Assembly (NCBI GenBank): GCA_950097015.1
Contig: CATNEN010000041.1
Span: 3,038,001 to 3,102,000, forward strand
DNA length: 64,000 nt
Origin: Macrostomum hystrix
Taxonomy: Eukaryota > Animalia > Platyhelminthes
Reading direction: 5' to 3'
Shown piece after piece: positions 1 through 14,056 of this stretch; position 1 is the stretch's first letter; the number at the start of each line of letters is the position of its first letter. The notes below the pieces were generated by a model that made no database searches, was not told where the DNA came from, and saw only the letters and a program-made list of their open reading frames with translations. The translations under genes and the position numbers were made by a program.

Positions 1-129
1 GACAGCCCATGACATTACTGCTAATAGTAAGATGCAAATGTTTGCGTTAGAAGTTAGGCGTTTGAAGACAACCTTATTTCAGAGCCCGCACAGATTAAGA
101 ATGCCAGCTCGCTAAAGCTGCTCACTCAC

Positions 130-1924
130 CTCCTGCAGGTTGGTGATGGGCGAGCTGTACACGTGGCTGTGCAGGTTCCGGCCGGTAGCCACGTGGGTGA
201 GGCGCATGGTGCTGCCACACTTGATCGGGTAGCCGCGAGTGCAGTCTACGCCGGTGCGGGCGCGCACTCGCCAGTATGAGTTGCTGTCCCCACTGGACTC
301 AACGCCGGTGACAGACTGCTGGCCAGAGCCAGAGCCATACTTCACCTCGTGTGAGTGTAAGCGCACATTGTGATCTGTGTTGAGTAGCTTAATAACAGAG
401 CCACAAGTGACAAAGTCGTATAGGGAGCCTGGCATGCAAGATTGGTGGGATGCAGAAATGGTTGTCCAATGTGTATTAGCTAGCTTTAACTAGCTTGTTC
501 TGATAACTGATATTAATATTATTTCACAGTATTAATTACCCATTACCAGTAATAATTATCTTAGTATCACAAAATAAGCATAAAATAAATTTGTATAATT
601 TTAGGAATTCTTTGAGTTTTACTAGACCTAGCCAGAAAGCCTAGCAGTTCATAATTTGCTGAAAATGACAAGGACTGTTACTAGAGTAGATCAACAGAAC
701 TCTTGATGTAAAATTATTTGTACATATAGCTATACACTTCTAGCAATTTATTAGACATTAGCGGGTTGGCCGGAGAGAGAGGAAAAAGGCGGAACATAGC
801 AGGTGCAACAAACAAAAACTTATCCTACTGCCCTACAAGTGGGCAACAATATGGGAGTACATTTATAAAAGAAAAGATGAACGAATATGATGAGATTTTT
901 TCTTGCGGATATTAAAATGGAAAATAACTCAAGACAAGCAAGGCTAGAGCGCAGGCGAGGACAGCACAGTGCGCAGGGCTTAAAGGGGGCCACACACGGC
1001 CACCCACCCTGACCAAAGCCACAGCGCACCCACCCCACAGGCAAAGCACAAACAACCCCTGGCCCCCGCTAACAGCAATAGGCCAGCCAATCTACACATG
1101 ATTGGGAACAACTAGAACAAGTTTCAAAGCAGTCCATAGTTAGTTTATTGATAAGCTTGTAATATTGTTTTATAAAAATGCTACAATCTCTATATATTCT
1201 TACTTATATATAAATTATAAAAATATATTGAATTTGAATCTAGCTCATAAAATAGTAATATTTTCCATAGGTAATACAATGTTTACATTAAAAGCAAGTA
1301 CAAAATGGTACATATTCCACTAATCATTAAGCCTATTCCATGCTATAAGACATAAAACTTGTCAAACTTGTTGATTTTCAATAGAAAATTGTACCTTAAC
1401 TACCCAAATTAAATTAATTAAGTGTCAGGAACTAAGAATATTTGAATAAACACAAGTTAGCAATCTAGTCAAAGCACTAAGTCAAAGTCAAAGTTATAGT
1501 CAAAGCAGAAAGTAATCCTATTTTTGTTTTCTGGCCTATACATAGGCAATGTTACAAGCCTGCTTTGCACTTGTTTACCATCTTGCTGATGACATGGTTG
1601 GACAAAAATGAACAACCAAAAAACTCAACAAATTAAAACACAAAAAATTGTAACTGGAAATAACAAATCTTTGCAAACTTAGTAAATTCTGAATTGTATA
1701 AATCACTTCCATGTAATTTTAAGAGTCTATTTATTAGTTTATTTCCTTATTTAAAAAGAGCAAAAATTATAATTAAGTAACTAGATCCATTCTAATAAAC
1801 CAGCAATTAATTCTTCTTAATATCTAAAGATTCCAATAGTTTTGTTACCTTTGGCTGCATTGAGCTGTAAAAGACCAACAAAGCAAGAAATTCTCAGGAA
1901 GACGAAGCATAGTAAGAATTTCAT
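130..1924 (-). CDS. SDF2: Stromal cell-derived factor 2-like (MIR domains), 5' part. Exons 1924-1849 (signal peptide) and 428-130; continues beyond the window start.
   Basis: VTCGSVIKLLN..VRLHSHEVKYGSGSGQQSVTG is the SDF2/SDF2L1 signature. An upstream exon MKFLLCFVFLRISCFVGLLQLNAAK-G ends in a phase-1 donor (gtaac) that matches the phase-1 acceptor at 428. Donor gtgagt at 129. Confidence 0.88.
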
Positions 1925-1989
1925 GGCTCTTCTGAGACTTGTGTAGCAGCCGCTTCTGTTCTAGAATTGATATTGAACCAAGAGTCTCG

Positions 1990-2142
1990 TTACAGTTTTC
2001 AAGAGATAAAGGGTTTAAATTAGTACGTAATGTTAACTAGTTACAGTTTTCAAGAAATAAAGGTTTAAATTAGTAGGTAATGTTAACTACTTTACAGTTT
2101 TTCAAGAAATAAAGGGTTAAATTAGTACGTAATGTTAACTAG
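1990..2142. repeat. ~51-bp tandem repeat x3
   Basis: ttacagttttcaag..aaaggtttaaattagtacgtaatgttaactag repeated three times. Confidence 0.85.
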
Positions 2143-3609
2143 TATAAACAAAATCAATATTATTTGAAGTTTAAGAGAATTAGTAATTAGTAATACCGTT
2201 ATAAGCAGCTTTTCTTTAGCACACTTTATTGGACATATTATGACAAATAGCAACATCTATAAAAAATTTTTTTGCTTCACTTGCTTTACTTGCCTACAAA
2301 CACTTTTCGAAAGGTGTTGCCAGTGCCGGCCTATCGTAACAGCACGGTGCATATTTCAGACTTCGAGAACAGGGCAGCGATAGATATTTTCACACTCTAG
2401 AGCTTCGGGAGCAAAGCGGCTGGAATCCAACAGACAAGTATATATTGCATTACACGGTGGAGAAGCCTTTAGAGAGTTGCTCTCTCGACTGGCGACATGG
2501 GTTTGCCGCATTCGACCCCCGACCGAAGCAGGATCGCCCACAAGGGTTTGCCAAAAGATACAGCTTAACTTGAGGGGCTCTCTAAAATACAAACCTGGTA
2601 GCACATATCCGAAACAATACTTTTTTCTGTGATGTTCATTAATTTGATTTTTAAATCCATGGTAAAAAATTACAATGGTCAGTTCTTGCTTTGATAGATG
2701 TGACTGCAAGGTTTGAAAAATTGCCGCAAACTCTAACTGGCTCAACATTTTTTACCATTTTTTCGCTTAAGCTCTGGTGAAGATTATTCAAGATGATTGA
2801 AGATGTGTCAATTCAAAGAAGAGAATTGCGGCTACCAAACGACGCCAAATTCGTGCAAGTACACCATCTAGGTGTCCACACCAAGTCAATGTGACAAATA
2901 TCTGGATGCCCTCCAGATAGGCAGTCCAAGGATGGAAGAAAAAAGGTGAGATTTAAGGCGATAACGCTTTCAACACGCATGAGGTAATTTAAAATCAAAT
3001 CTAAAAAATATTAAATCTACAGCTTTCGGCCTGAGTGCTGACAGAAGCCAGACATGATTTATTAAAGCACGAGCATCTGGCAGTGCTTACGAGAGCTGCC
3101 AGTAGCAATTGCCTAAAATAACGCTTGATGCGCCCGATCCAGGTTTTTCCTACTGGCTAGCGAATTATTTTCGAATTGTGCATCATTGCAATTAAAAGTG
3201 CATCGCGTCCTCATTAAGGACTTAAATGAATGATTACGACGGCTTCGCAAAGAAGCAATGGTGCAAAAAAAATCATAACAATAATGTTAGTGAAATGTTA
3301 ATATACACAGAAATTGGTGCAGATTCATGACTAGCTTGGGTATGACGCATCGGAGGATGAGACGGATAGGTGTGACGCACAGGACTGGAAAGCAGACGCC
3401 CGAGAATTTCAACCGAATAAAAGAGCAGAGATTGAGAAAATCAGGGCTGAATGATGCGCTGATTGGCGATGTGAGGCATTGCAAATGATTAGCCCAGCTC
3501 CCAGGAATGAGGAGTTCATAACCCATGAAATTGTAAGTTTCATACAAAGTTTCGCGTCCATCAGCAGTCAGCCAGGCCTGTACAAGGAAACTGCAGCTCA
3601 GAGGGCGGC

Positions 3610-6600
3610 TCAGCTGAAGTCGGATTCGTCCGAGTCCTGCAAGCGAAAGTCGCCGCTGCCCGCGATGACGATGGCCGACGCAGTGTTGGCGCCGCAGTCC
3701 GAAGCTGAAGCAGAAGGAGCTACCGCGGTCAGCAGCAGTCGCTGCTGGCTGTTGGCGCTCTCCGTTGACGATGAGCAGGAGTTCGAGCCCCGGTCGGCAT
3801 CGCCATCAACTAGGAGCGCGACGGCCGGGAGAGCTGCCGCTCCCAGGTCCGCTTCCGCTTCGGGAAAGACGACGCGGCCAGCCGCCGACTTGGCAACAGC
3901 CTGATCGCCCGAGGCAGCTGCTGCTGTTGACGGCTCGTCCGACTCAGAGTCCGCCCAGCAGTCATCCTCGTCATTGACTTCGCCAACGGCCTGTGTGTCG
4001 AAGGCGGCCCCGCCGCTGCTGCTGCTGCTGCTTCTGGGCCGTCCTTTAGGACGAGCAGTCGGATCCGGAGCTGCCTGGGCTGCTTTCGGTGACTCTGGCA
4101 GTGGCTGCTTGACCGGCGAGGCCCAGGCCTGCGGAGCGGTGGCCGTACCCGGCCGTCTGTTTGTCACCTGCGCAGCCGAGCCGGACGCGGAGGCGGACGC
4201 CGTTGCCATCACTGACTGCCGCTGAGCATCGACGAATTCCAGAATGGGCACCGCGGCGGCCGGCAGAGAGCTATCGGGCCCGGAGCTGTCGGACTGCACC
4301 GTCAGCTGCAGCAGGGCGCGAAACGGTGCCCGACAGATCGGGCAGCAGCTGGCCTGGTATCTGCGTATTTGCAATCATTTTTTATAACTATCGGGTAGTT
4401 CGAAAATTCCTCAAACATGTTCTTAAACACTTGTTCCTTACTTGTTCTTTAAACAAGTAAAGCACACAGAAATTTAAATGTTTTAGCAGTAAAATATAAC
4501 AAAATTAGGCCCGGAGACACTTTGTTTACACACGAAAAGAAAAATAAACGATGTACATGAAAGAGCCTGAACCATTGCGTCCTGAACTCACCTGAGCGAG
4601 TCGGCGCAGGTGTCGCACAGGCAGAGGTGCCTGCAGGGTAGGATGACGGTGTCTCTGGCCTTCACCATGCAGACAACGCAGTCAGCGTCTCCAGCGTCGG
4701 CCATCGAGTCGACTGCGGCTGCTGCCGTCGTGGCCTGGGAGGTAGAGCCGCCGTTTCCGCCACCGGCCTCCCGATCGGAGATGCCGTAGATGTCGTGAGC
4801 AACTAGAGGCAAGCCGTCAATTACCTGAGTGAGACCAGTGGCCGAGTGCAAACCAGTTTAAAGGGGTGGTTGTGCATAAGGGCCTACTGTCAGTAGCGAG
4901 ACAAGAGTGTGGAGTAAAATCGATTAATTAGTACACGAGTGAGAAAAAAGCTGCTGTCAGCGGCAATCACAAGGAATTTCGAAGCATCCAAAATTGCGTA
5001 CTGCCTTGTGCTGCTTACCGGAACTTAATGAATTACTCCAAGAGAAGTTCTGGTTCACAAGCTTACTTCAATGTCCAATGAGTTTTGTACTGTGACTTTG
5101 ACAGCGAATATTCGAACGCTTAGTCCATCATTGAAACTGCAGCCAGAGATGCCCCCACAGAAGCGGCAATAATTGCTTGCTCAAGCGTCTCACCGCGGGT
5201 CACAATTTACATGCAAATGATGCGCCACAATGGTCACAAAACACTTTTCAGCTTTCTATTCCGCATGTATACTATTTTTAGACTGGGACTGAGACTTATT
5301 GCGCGACCGACAGCAGACAGCCAAGCTGCGATGAAGAGCCCGTCGACAATTTACCATCTCCAGACCGAAGTTGGCTGATTGGCATTTCATTCAGCTTAAG
5401 GAACCATAGTGAGAAGCAAATATGAAACTCCCTGGACAATTCTCTCAGCCAGATAGGCTGAGATCGTTAGCAACAAACTAGGCTCTCCGTCGCTTCAGTG
5501 TGGTTCCTTTTAAAAAAAAGACGCATTAACTTCGTCTGTTAGAAATTGTGCGCAATTTCCGTCATGCAAAAACTTAACTTTTGGCTGTCAGGTGCGAAGC
5601 AAGACAATGGCCACACAGCTGAACCTACCATGATCTGTTTGAGCACCTTGAGGGAGTAGGGTGAGTCGGCGGACAGCCGCTCCGCAGAGCACAGCAGCAG
5701 CTGCTGGTTGGCAGGGGCCTGGCCGGAATCGTCCACAGCTTCCACCAGCACAGCCAGGTGGAATGCCTCCTGCCAGCTGCTGTCAGCTGCTTCGTCAAAT
5801 ATAGAAGGCCTCAGGGTGAGCTCGGTGCAGGAGAACACCTGCGGGATATTCAATGTCAGTCAACAGTTTGGCTTGAACCGGCATTTCCCATTTACCTTGG
5901 AAGCAACATCCTCTGATGCCATTTCCCTTGAAAGCAACATCCTCTGATGCCATTTCCCTTGAAAGCAACATCCTCTGATGCCATTTCCCTTGAAAGCAAC
6001 ATCCTCTGATGCCATTTCCCTTGAAAGCAACATCCTCTGATGCCATTTCCCTTGAAAGCAACATCCTCTGATGCCATTTCCCTTGGAAGCAACATCCTCT
6101 GATGCCATTTCCCTTGGAAGCAACATCCTCTGATGCCATTTCCCTTGAAAGCAACATCCTCTGATGCCATTTCCCTTGGAACCACATCCTCTGATCCAAC
6201 TCCCGGTAAAAATTCAACTGATAAAATTATCACTAATCCAAATTCACGTAGATGACTACCATAAGAACCTGATTTCCCAAGGATTGAGCATGATCCTAAA
6301 GCAGCCGAATCCACTTACATAATATTTAATGACCCAAATTTACCTAGATAAACTAACCCGATTCCTCCTCAACCGAATCCAAAGCCCAACCCTTGGTCTG
6401 GTGACTCAGGTCACTCCTAGCCAAGCAATCAGCAGCAACCAAAGCTCCGCACCCAGCCGAGACCGCGCGAAAAGCGGCGCCGTTCCGGGCTCGGGAAGAG
6501 TGGATGCTGCGGCTCCAGCACCAGCCGCTGGCCGTTGAAGGTCTGATAGACGAACAGCCAGAGGGACACTTCGCAGTCGACCAGGCAGTCCAGGACCAGC

Positions 6601-6935
6601 TCCACGTGAAAGGCCTGGTGCGGCAGCGGCTCGGAGCCGGAGTCGGCCTTGACAAAGCGGGCGGTTTCCTTGCGCAGGTTCACAGTGGCCCGAAGCGGGC
6701 GGCTTTGGCTGGTGGGCCGGCCTACAGGCAGCGGGTAGGTCAGCGGCCGGCTGTTGACGAACTGCAGTTCGGCTGGCTCGCCAAAAATAAAAGATTCACG
6801 GGCGACTGAGCCAAACTTCTCGCCGCCCAGGTAGAAATGGCCGGCGAAGAGCACACCAGACTTGGGCGGGAAGGTGACCCAGCCCTGCTCGGACTGGGCG
6901 CTTGGCGAGCTGGAGGTTGACAGCAGGGAACCCAT
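3610..6935 (-). CDS. MGRN1: Mahogunin/RNF157 RING-HC E3 ubiquitin ligase. Exons 6935-6453, 5838-5629, 4824-4592, 4360-3610.
   Basis: N-terminal MGSLLS (myristoylation-type), GHFYLGGEKF, and spliced RING CVVCMVKARDTVILPCRHLCLCDTCADSLRYQASCCPICRAPFRALLQ. All junctions are GT-AG and phase-compatible. Confidence 0.93.
5881..6195. repeat. 31-bp minisatellite (~10 copies) in MGRN1 intron 1
   Basis: Unit catttcccttgaaagcaacatcctctgatgc; explains spurious ORFs 5795-6314. Confidence 0.95.
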
Positions 6936-9182
6936 GCGGGCTGGGCTGCGGAACAAAGGTTAGTGCGCTAGTTGGTTTTACAAGAATATTTTGAAAAAGT
7001 AGGATTTCCCTAGAAATTAAATTTTCGGATAAATGCTGCCTACAGCCTACCCTAAAAATAAAAACCAAAAGAGGTGATTGGGAAGCATAGATTACTAAGA
7101 ATCCCTAAATTTGGAGACGAACGAGCAAATGATTTTAGAGTAGAATGCTAGAATGGATAGAAGAAATCATAATTTGGAATGGAATAGCTTCCATTAATTT
7201 ATGACCCAGGATGCAGAACTAGTTTCTAAATACCCACACGCCCCCGCCAGCACGGGGAAGACAGACGCAAGCAGCAACTCGATGCCTTTTCTTTACAGGA
7301 GTGAGGAAGAATTGCGCAGATGGAAACCTAGCCTGGCACCTGCTGAAAATAAAACAGCAATAAGGGGAGCAAGATGGTAAGCCTGGAGTTTTATTTTGCC
7401 GGACAGACAGGTAGGAAGGCGTTGCGCAGGCTAGGCTGTTTCGGCCAGGCTAAGTCCGTGCAAGAATCCCAAATAGCAATTAACACAGGCAGCGTCTGAC
7501 GGAGCTGAACCACAGGCTGCGCTAAAAAATCCCAATAACAATTAACACTGTGGCAAGTTGGCAAATCTGGCGCACGCCCTTCGGACCATTTCCAGTAAAA
7601 TCCGTAAGTCAGGCTGCGATCCAGACCACAATTCCCTTCGGCTGTGCAACTCCAGGATAATGGAAATGTCACCTCGTGTGCTTGCTATGAAAAATTTCGA
7701 GCGACCTTTCTCCTCTACAGCTCGTAAAGCACTGCAATAACGCTGCAGGTTTAGAAGATAGCCCTGAGATAAGCCTCGAAGCGCAGTTGGCCAAAGGATC
7801 GCAGTGAAAAGGCGATCGGCGCCAGCAGGTTGGATGCAATTACGAGTATAATGTGCGCAAAACATCGAACGATAGTCAGAAACATTTGATTTCATGCTCG
7901 GCCTGAATGAGGTCAATGCTTGCTGCAGATAATGAAGCACAACACTAACGTAACACTAGCAAGGCTACCAATAGCAGCTTTGCTATGCAAAAAGAGAATC
8001 ATACTCATCAGGTCGAGCACGCTATGTTCGTAAGAACGTGCTTTGTCACCATGTACTTAAATAGAAAGATCCGGTAGCCGTAGAGTTCAAGTACCGTTTA
8101 AAATGCAGGGCAAATTTATTTCGAACCCGGACACAAAGCACCGTTGGAGCTGCTTTCTACTGCCTTGTCGATAATGACAAGAGGACAAATTGGAGCTAGC
8201 CACCTTAAAGCTCCTGGAAAGATAATATCGAAAATAATTGCATGTAGTGCTGCAGCTTCGGCTGGAACAAAAGCGAAAATGGAACAAGCATTACATACGG
8301 CAGACTGTGTACTACAAAAGCGGAACAGAAGCTATGGCTGCGCAGAGCGGGCAATGCATCACTATGGGAGGTCCGCTGTCTCGCCGGGTACACAGACGGA
8401 GCGAATGTCTCGAGGTTGAATAAAGTGCGAGCTGGCTGAAGGCAAAGGAATATTTTTATTTCACCTTCCAGCGGCGACAGGCGAGTGTGGCTGGCGGGAC
8501 TTTCCAGCAGTAAAAGAAAACCCTTTCATGGCAGGGAATTCGATTCCGGAAACCGAATCCCAACAATAGAAAAAGGCCACTATAGCAGTGGGCGATGAAG
8601 GAATTCGCGTACCACTGCCGTGCAGAGCCGCAGAGGGCGACAGCAGACAGTGACGTCATGTTGTGGGTGCAAGCAGATGAAGTCGAAGATCACGGCTGGC
8701 AAGTGAATTATATACCATGTTATGCCGCAGGCAATTTTCTAAACGGTTTGCCAACACTGGACGCTCTTGACCTGGCTGGAACATGTTCTCCAGTGTATTT
8801 CTTCAGGCCGCAGCTTCCCGCGCATGCCACCCACGCATGCACCGCATACATCAGGCGCCAAGAGTCAGTGGCAGAGGCAGCATGGAGCCTCTTGACAGCG
8901 GAACAAGCACGAAGAAGCAGCCGAAGGAGGGACGGGAAGAACAAAACAGAAGACTGCAAGGCCTCGAGACCCCACCAATGACGGGGCAGGGAAGCAATCT
9001 GCGCAGTGATGGATAACAGCTGCGGGCGGACCGAGAGGCGGAGACGGAAGACGCGGACTGCCGGGGCATGCTGATTGACTGATGGCGCGCGCAGCCTCTC
9101 TTTATCAAATGGAAAGCGATCGGAGCGGACAGACCGGGCCAGATGGCTTTATCTTGGGAAAAATTCCAACCGAACCAAAATT

Positions 9183-9830
9183 CCAGGTTGAAGTCTCAAA
9201 TTGGAGCTGTGACCTGGGCTACCATCTAGTCCGACCCTAGCGAACCCAGGTTGAAGTCTCAAATTGGAGCTGTGACCTGGGCTACCATCTAGTCCGACCC
9301 TAGCGAACCCAGGTTGAAGTCTCAAATTGGAGCTGTGACCTGGGCTACCATCTAGTCTAACCCTAGCGAACCCAGGTTGCTAAGCGTCACGCCTAGATAG
9401 CTACAGCTGCGTCCTTGGATACCATCTAGTCTAACCCTAGCGAACCCAGGTTGCTAAGCGTCACACCTAGATAGCTACAGCTGCGTCCTTGGATACCATC
9501 TAGTCTAACCCTAGCGAACCCAGGTTGCTAAGCGTCACACCTAGATAGCTACAGCTGCGTCCTTGGATACCATCTAGTCTAACCCTAGCGAACCCAGGTT
9601 GCTAAGCGTCACACCTAGATAGCTACAGCTGCGTCCTTGGATACCATCTAGTCTAACCCTAGCGAACCCAGGTTGCTAAGCGTCACACCTAGATAGCTAC
9701 AGCTGCGTCCATGGATACCATCTAGTCTAACCCTAGCGAACCCAGGTTGCTAAGCGTCACACCTAGATAGCTACAGCTGCGTCCTTGGATACCATCTAGT
9801 CTAACCCTAGCGAACCCAGGTTGCTAAGCC
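9183..9830. repeat. Compound minisatellite: 63-bp unit x3, then 74-bp unit x~6-7
   Basis: Both units share accatctagtctaaccctagcgaacccaggttg. Confidence 0.93.
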
Positions 9831-10304
9831 TCACACGGGGCAGGGCGGCAAGCAGTAAAAAAGGAAAAAAGTCAAGGCAAAAAGGCGAATGCGCAGTCGC
9901 TCGGCAACACGAATGCATTTGAAACGGAGCGGCTTCTCTTCAGAAAGCGTCAGCATCTGCGGCTCAAACAGGCAACAGCCAGCCGGCGGGCGGCAAACGG
10001 AAAGCAGGCAAACAGTAGGCAAAACAGCTAGAACAATGGGCATTTTAAATGGCGAAACTGATTCGGCGGAATTTCTCATCATTCAAGCAGCAACAGAGTA
10101 AGCTAGGACTTGAATTCCTTCCAGTCAGCTTTTAAAGCAGATCGCGAGGCGTACAGAGGCGGAAGCAAGAGAAACATTTTGTTCGACCAGAGACCGTTGA
10201 TTGGCTTCCTGACTCTCCAATGGCCGCTTAGTAAATGTGCGGGCTCGGAGAACCAAGGGTGACCGTTTTTGAGGCTGATGAGAGAATGAGGGCTGAGCCA
10301 GGCA

Positions 10305-10905
10305 CAATGAGCCTCAGACAGAAGAAATCTCCCACACAATGAGCATCAGACAGAGCAAATCTCACACACAATGAGCATCAGACAGAGCAAATCTCACACA
10401 CAATGAGCATCAGACAGAGCAAATCTCACACACAATGAGCATCAGACAGAGCAAATCTCACACACAATGAGCATCAGACAGAGAAAATCTCACACACAAT
10501 GAGCATCAGACAGAGCAAATCTCACACACAATGAGCATCAGACAGAGCAAATCTCACACACAATGAGAATCAGACAGAGCAAATCTCACACACAATGAGA
10601 ATCAGACAGAGCAAATCTCACACACAATGAGAATCAGACAGAGCAAATCTCACACACAATGAGAATCAGACAGAGCAAATCTCACACACAATGAGCCTCA
10701 GACAGAGCAAATCTCACACACAATGAGAATCAGACAGAGCAAATCTCACACACAATGAGCATCAGACAGAGAAAATCTCACACACAATGAGCCTCAGACA
10801 GAGCAAATCTCATACACAATGAGCCTCAGACAGAGCAAATCTCACACACAATGAGCCTCAGACAGAGCAAATCTCACACACAATGAGCATCAGACAGAGA
10901 AAATC
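10305..10905. repeat. 32-bp minisatellite (~18 copies)
   Basis: Unit aatgagcatcagacagagcaaatctcacacac. Confidence 0.95.
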
Positions 10906-11155
10906 AGGTAGCAGGCAGAGAACTTGGTGAAAGGAAAGCAGAGACCAACAGCTACAGTGAAGGACGAGACTGAGGTGGAGAGACGTGATTGCACCTAACA
11001 GTACAAGAAGAGAAGACCAGCGAGCTATGCTAGTTTTGTTGGTTAACAGGTAGGCGGTAGGGATCCTAGAGTACCATGTGCAGGCGTTGCAAACAAGAGG
11101 CCATTGACCTTAAGTCAGTATTGTCGGCGGAAGCAACCTGAGGCCGTCTGAGCTT

Positions 11156-12184
11156 TCATGGCTGCTTGGGCAGCGGCGGCGCCTTCTCGGGGTTGTAGGG
11201 CGCCAGCAGGAACTGGGAGAAGTACTCAAGCATGGCCAGGCCACGGATCTCGCGCTCCAGCAGCGGCATCTTGACGATGTGGAAGTCCTCGTACAGGTCC
11301 TCCATCTGGGCCACGTACTTCCGCTGGATGGCATGCCGGGACGCGCAGAGGGCGCACGGCGGTCTGGCGGGCGATGGGAAGAGCAGCTGGTTGACCACTA
11401 GGTTCTGCGTGTCGATGCCCAGCTTCGTAAGCTCCTGCACCAGCCGCTCCGTCTCGTACAGTGAGAGGAACTCGGCGATGCAGACGCACACGAAGGTGGT
11501 TCGCAGCGGGTTGCGGAATTCCTCGTTGACGCGGCGCACAAGCGGCAGACGGTCCTCCAGCTGCCGGCTGAGCTCCTCGGCCCGCAGACTGCCGAGGCCC
11601 AGCACAGAGCTTAGCTGGCCAATGAGCGGCGCCAGCTGGTTCTTGAAGGCGACCAGCTTGCCCATTGACGCCTCCATGGTGGACGGGAAGGACAGCAGGC
11701 GCAGCGTGTGGCCGGTGGGCGCCGTGTCAAACACGATGGCGCTGAAGTCCATGTCCTCGACCAGGCGCAGCACCTCCGAGTAGGACATAAACTCGTCAAT
11801 GCCGGGCAGGGCGGACATTAGCTCCGTCACCATGCTGCGCAGCGCGCCTGCGTCTTCATTCAGCAGCTCGTCCGGCAGGCCGGAGAGTCCTACGGAGGGG
11901 TCCACCTCCATGGCGTAAAGGTTGTTGAACCCCTTCACCAGCGTCGGCGTCTTGGAGAATTTCTGGTCGAACGCATCCGAGATGTTGTGGGCGGGGTCGG
12001 TGGACAGCAGCAGCACGGATGGTCGCACGTGGGACAGCTGCACCGCCAGCGAGCACGAGGTCGACGTCTTGCCCACGCCGCCCTTGCCGCCGACAAAGAT
12101 CCACTTCAGGCTCAGGCTCTGGTGCACCAAGCTGCTCAGAGTCGGGTCCATGGGAGACAGGCTGCTTTTTCCTGATGAATGCAT
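11156..12184 (-). CDS. ASNA1: GET3/TRC40 ArsA-family ATPase for tail-anchored protein insertion; coding region uninterrupted
   Basis: [22 protein letters not shown]-loop, [43 protein letters not shown], and the CxxC dimer motif (CALC). Start could be 12184 or 12151. Confidence 0.96.
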   Translation of the reverse strand: MHSSGKSSLSPMDPTLSSLVHQSLSLKWIFVGGKGGVGKTSTSCSLAVQLSHVRPSVLLLSTDPAHNISDAFDQKFSKTPTLVKGFNNLYAMEVDPSVGLSGLPDELLNEDAGALRSMVTELMSALPGIDEFMSYSEVLRLVEDMDFSAIVFDTAPTGHTLRLLSFPSTMEASMGKLVAFKNQLAPLIGQLSSVLGLGSLRAEELSRQLEDRLPLVRRVNEEFRNPLRTTFVCVCIAEFLSLYETERLVQELTKLGIDTQNLVVNQLLFPSPARPPCALCASRHAIQRKYVAQMEDLYEDFHIVKMPLLEREIRGLAMLEYFSQFLLAPYNPEKAPPLPKQP

Positions 12185-12252
12185 ACTGCGGTCCAGCTGG
12201 CTGAGTGGCTGCGGCTGCGCTGGAAAAGGCCAGGTTACCGAAAAGGACTTAA

Positions 12253-12860
12253 GCTAGACTATGTCTGCGTGGCTGAGTAGGGCTCAGGCTAAACTATATC
12301 TGCGTGGCTGAGTAGGGCTCAGGCTAAACTATATCTGCGTGGCTGAGTAGGGCTCAGGCTAAACTGTGTATGCGTGGCTGAGTGGGACTCAAGCTAAACT
12401 GTGTATGCGTGGCTGAGTGGGACTCAGGCTAAACTGTGTATGCGTGGCTGAGTGGGACTCAAGCTAAACTGTGTATGCGTGGCAGAGTGGGACTCAAGCT
12501 AAACTGTGTATGCGTGGCTGAGTGGGACTCAAGCTAAAATGTGTATGCGTGGCTGAGTGGGACTCAAGCTAAACTGTGTATGCGTGGCTGAGTGGGACTC
12601 AAGCTAAACTGTGTATGCGTGGCTGAGTGGGACTCAAGCTAAACTGTGTATGCGTGGCTGAGTGGGACTCAAGCTAAACTGTGTATGCGTGGCTGAGTGG
12701 GACTCAAGCTAAACTTTGTATGCGTGGCTGAGTGGGACTCAAGCTAAACTGTGTATGCGTGGCTGAGTGGGACTCAAGCTAAACTGTGTATGCGTGGCTG
12801 AGTGGGACTCAAGCTAAACTGTGTATGCGTGGCTGAGTGGGACTCAGGCTAAACTGTGTA
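12253..12860. repeat. 35-bp minisatellite (~17 copies) upstream of ASNA1
   Basis: Unit gctaaactgtgtatgcgtggctgagtgggactcaa. Confidence 0.95.
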
Positions 12861-14056
12861 GGACCCATGCAAAGCGGTATCTATAATCGCAATTACTAAT
12901 AAAGTGCTTAGAAAGGATGTAAGACAGAAACTTATTAATTACAGAAATCTAATCAAATGAGCAAATTGAAAGCAAAAATAGACTATAGATATGAGTGCAA
13001 AATTATGAAGCCATTCAATGATTACGCACAAGCATAGGCATGTGGATTGGGCTAATCACAGAAGCGCAGGTGAAGGGCACAAGGAGCTGCGCAGTCTCAC
13101 CCCATTGCCCGAATCGAATGTGTCAATCACAGGTTGGCGCCAGCCACGCCAGGTATCCCGTCGGCTGCACCCAGTGACCCGAGGGCCCCACCCCTTGAGG
13201 TGCCTCATCAATATTGGGATAAATTATTGGCACAGTGCAAGCCGCTCGAGCCACAGAATAAGCCATCAATTGCAAAAACATCCAAGATACTGAAGCGAAT
13301 CGCTCCAGATTCTCTGGAATAGAAGCAAACTAAAGTGCAAAGAAGTCTACAACTGCCATATAATCTTTCATCGCTAAAATTGAAATTGCAGAAATTCTGA
13401 CGCCCTCGCATGGAGCGTGCGTAGCATAAGAAAATAAAAACCCAGTGGCAAATAGAAGTCTGTGATGACGCTTTGTTTCACAGTAAACATCAGAAGCCGA
13501 CTTTGCCAAATACGAGCGTAGCGCAGTACTTTTGCATCAGGGGATCTGCCGCCACATTTGGCTGATTCCCAGCGACACAGTTGCACAGTTGACCGCCAGC
13601 ACTGGAGGGGGTCAGGGGGACACGGCAGCTGGTCCAAGCAAAACCGTCAAAGCAAAGAGAAGCTCCACAAGCAGCTGCTTCAATAGGTCGCATCCGCGCT
13701 GGCCTCCAGATCCCCACTTACTGGCAGGCGGCCCTTAAACGGCTGGGCGGATCAACGGTGCCCCGGCTGGAATCCACCACTGCCCACTCGCTGGGGCAAG
13801 CGAAAATAATCAGGGCGCACTTTTAGAGGTCATCCGAAAATAAGAGAAAGGAGGACGCACGCGAGGCCAGCCAGGCGGATACTTTGATCACTGTGCAACT
13901 TTATTGCCAGTTGCATGCTCGGCTTCCCTGCCTAACTCGCTGGCGCCCAGCAACTATCGCTAAAACAACCCGTCCGTCACTCGGGATCGGGAATGAAGAT
14001 GGGATTCTTACAAAATCAAAATGAAGTTGAAAATCAAAGCGGCAGCCTTAAACAGC

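Noticed and set aside
758-1072. GC-richer island with 8-bp inverted ends (ttagcggg / cccgctaa) in the SDF2 intron
   Set aside because: The inverted match is too short and there is no TSD.
7070-9180. Possible decayed DNA transposase (FCAHYTRN resembles the MULE CxxH motif)
   Set aside because: No other catalytic motifs, TIRs or TSD recognisable; a profile search is needed.
11232-11783. Long antisense ORFs over ASNA1, NTase, MGRN1 and SLC4 exons
   Set aside because: Typical shadow ORFs of GC-rich coding sequence with no domain motifs.
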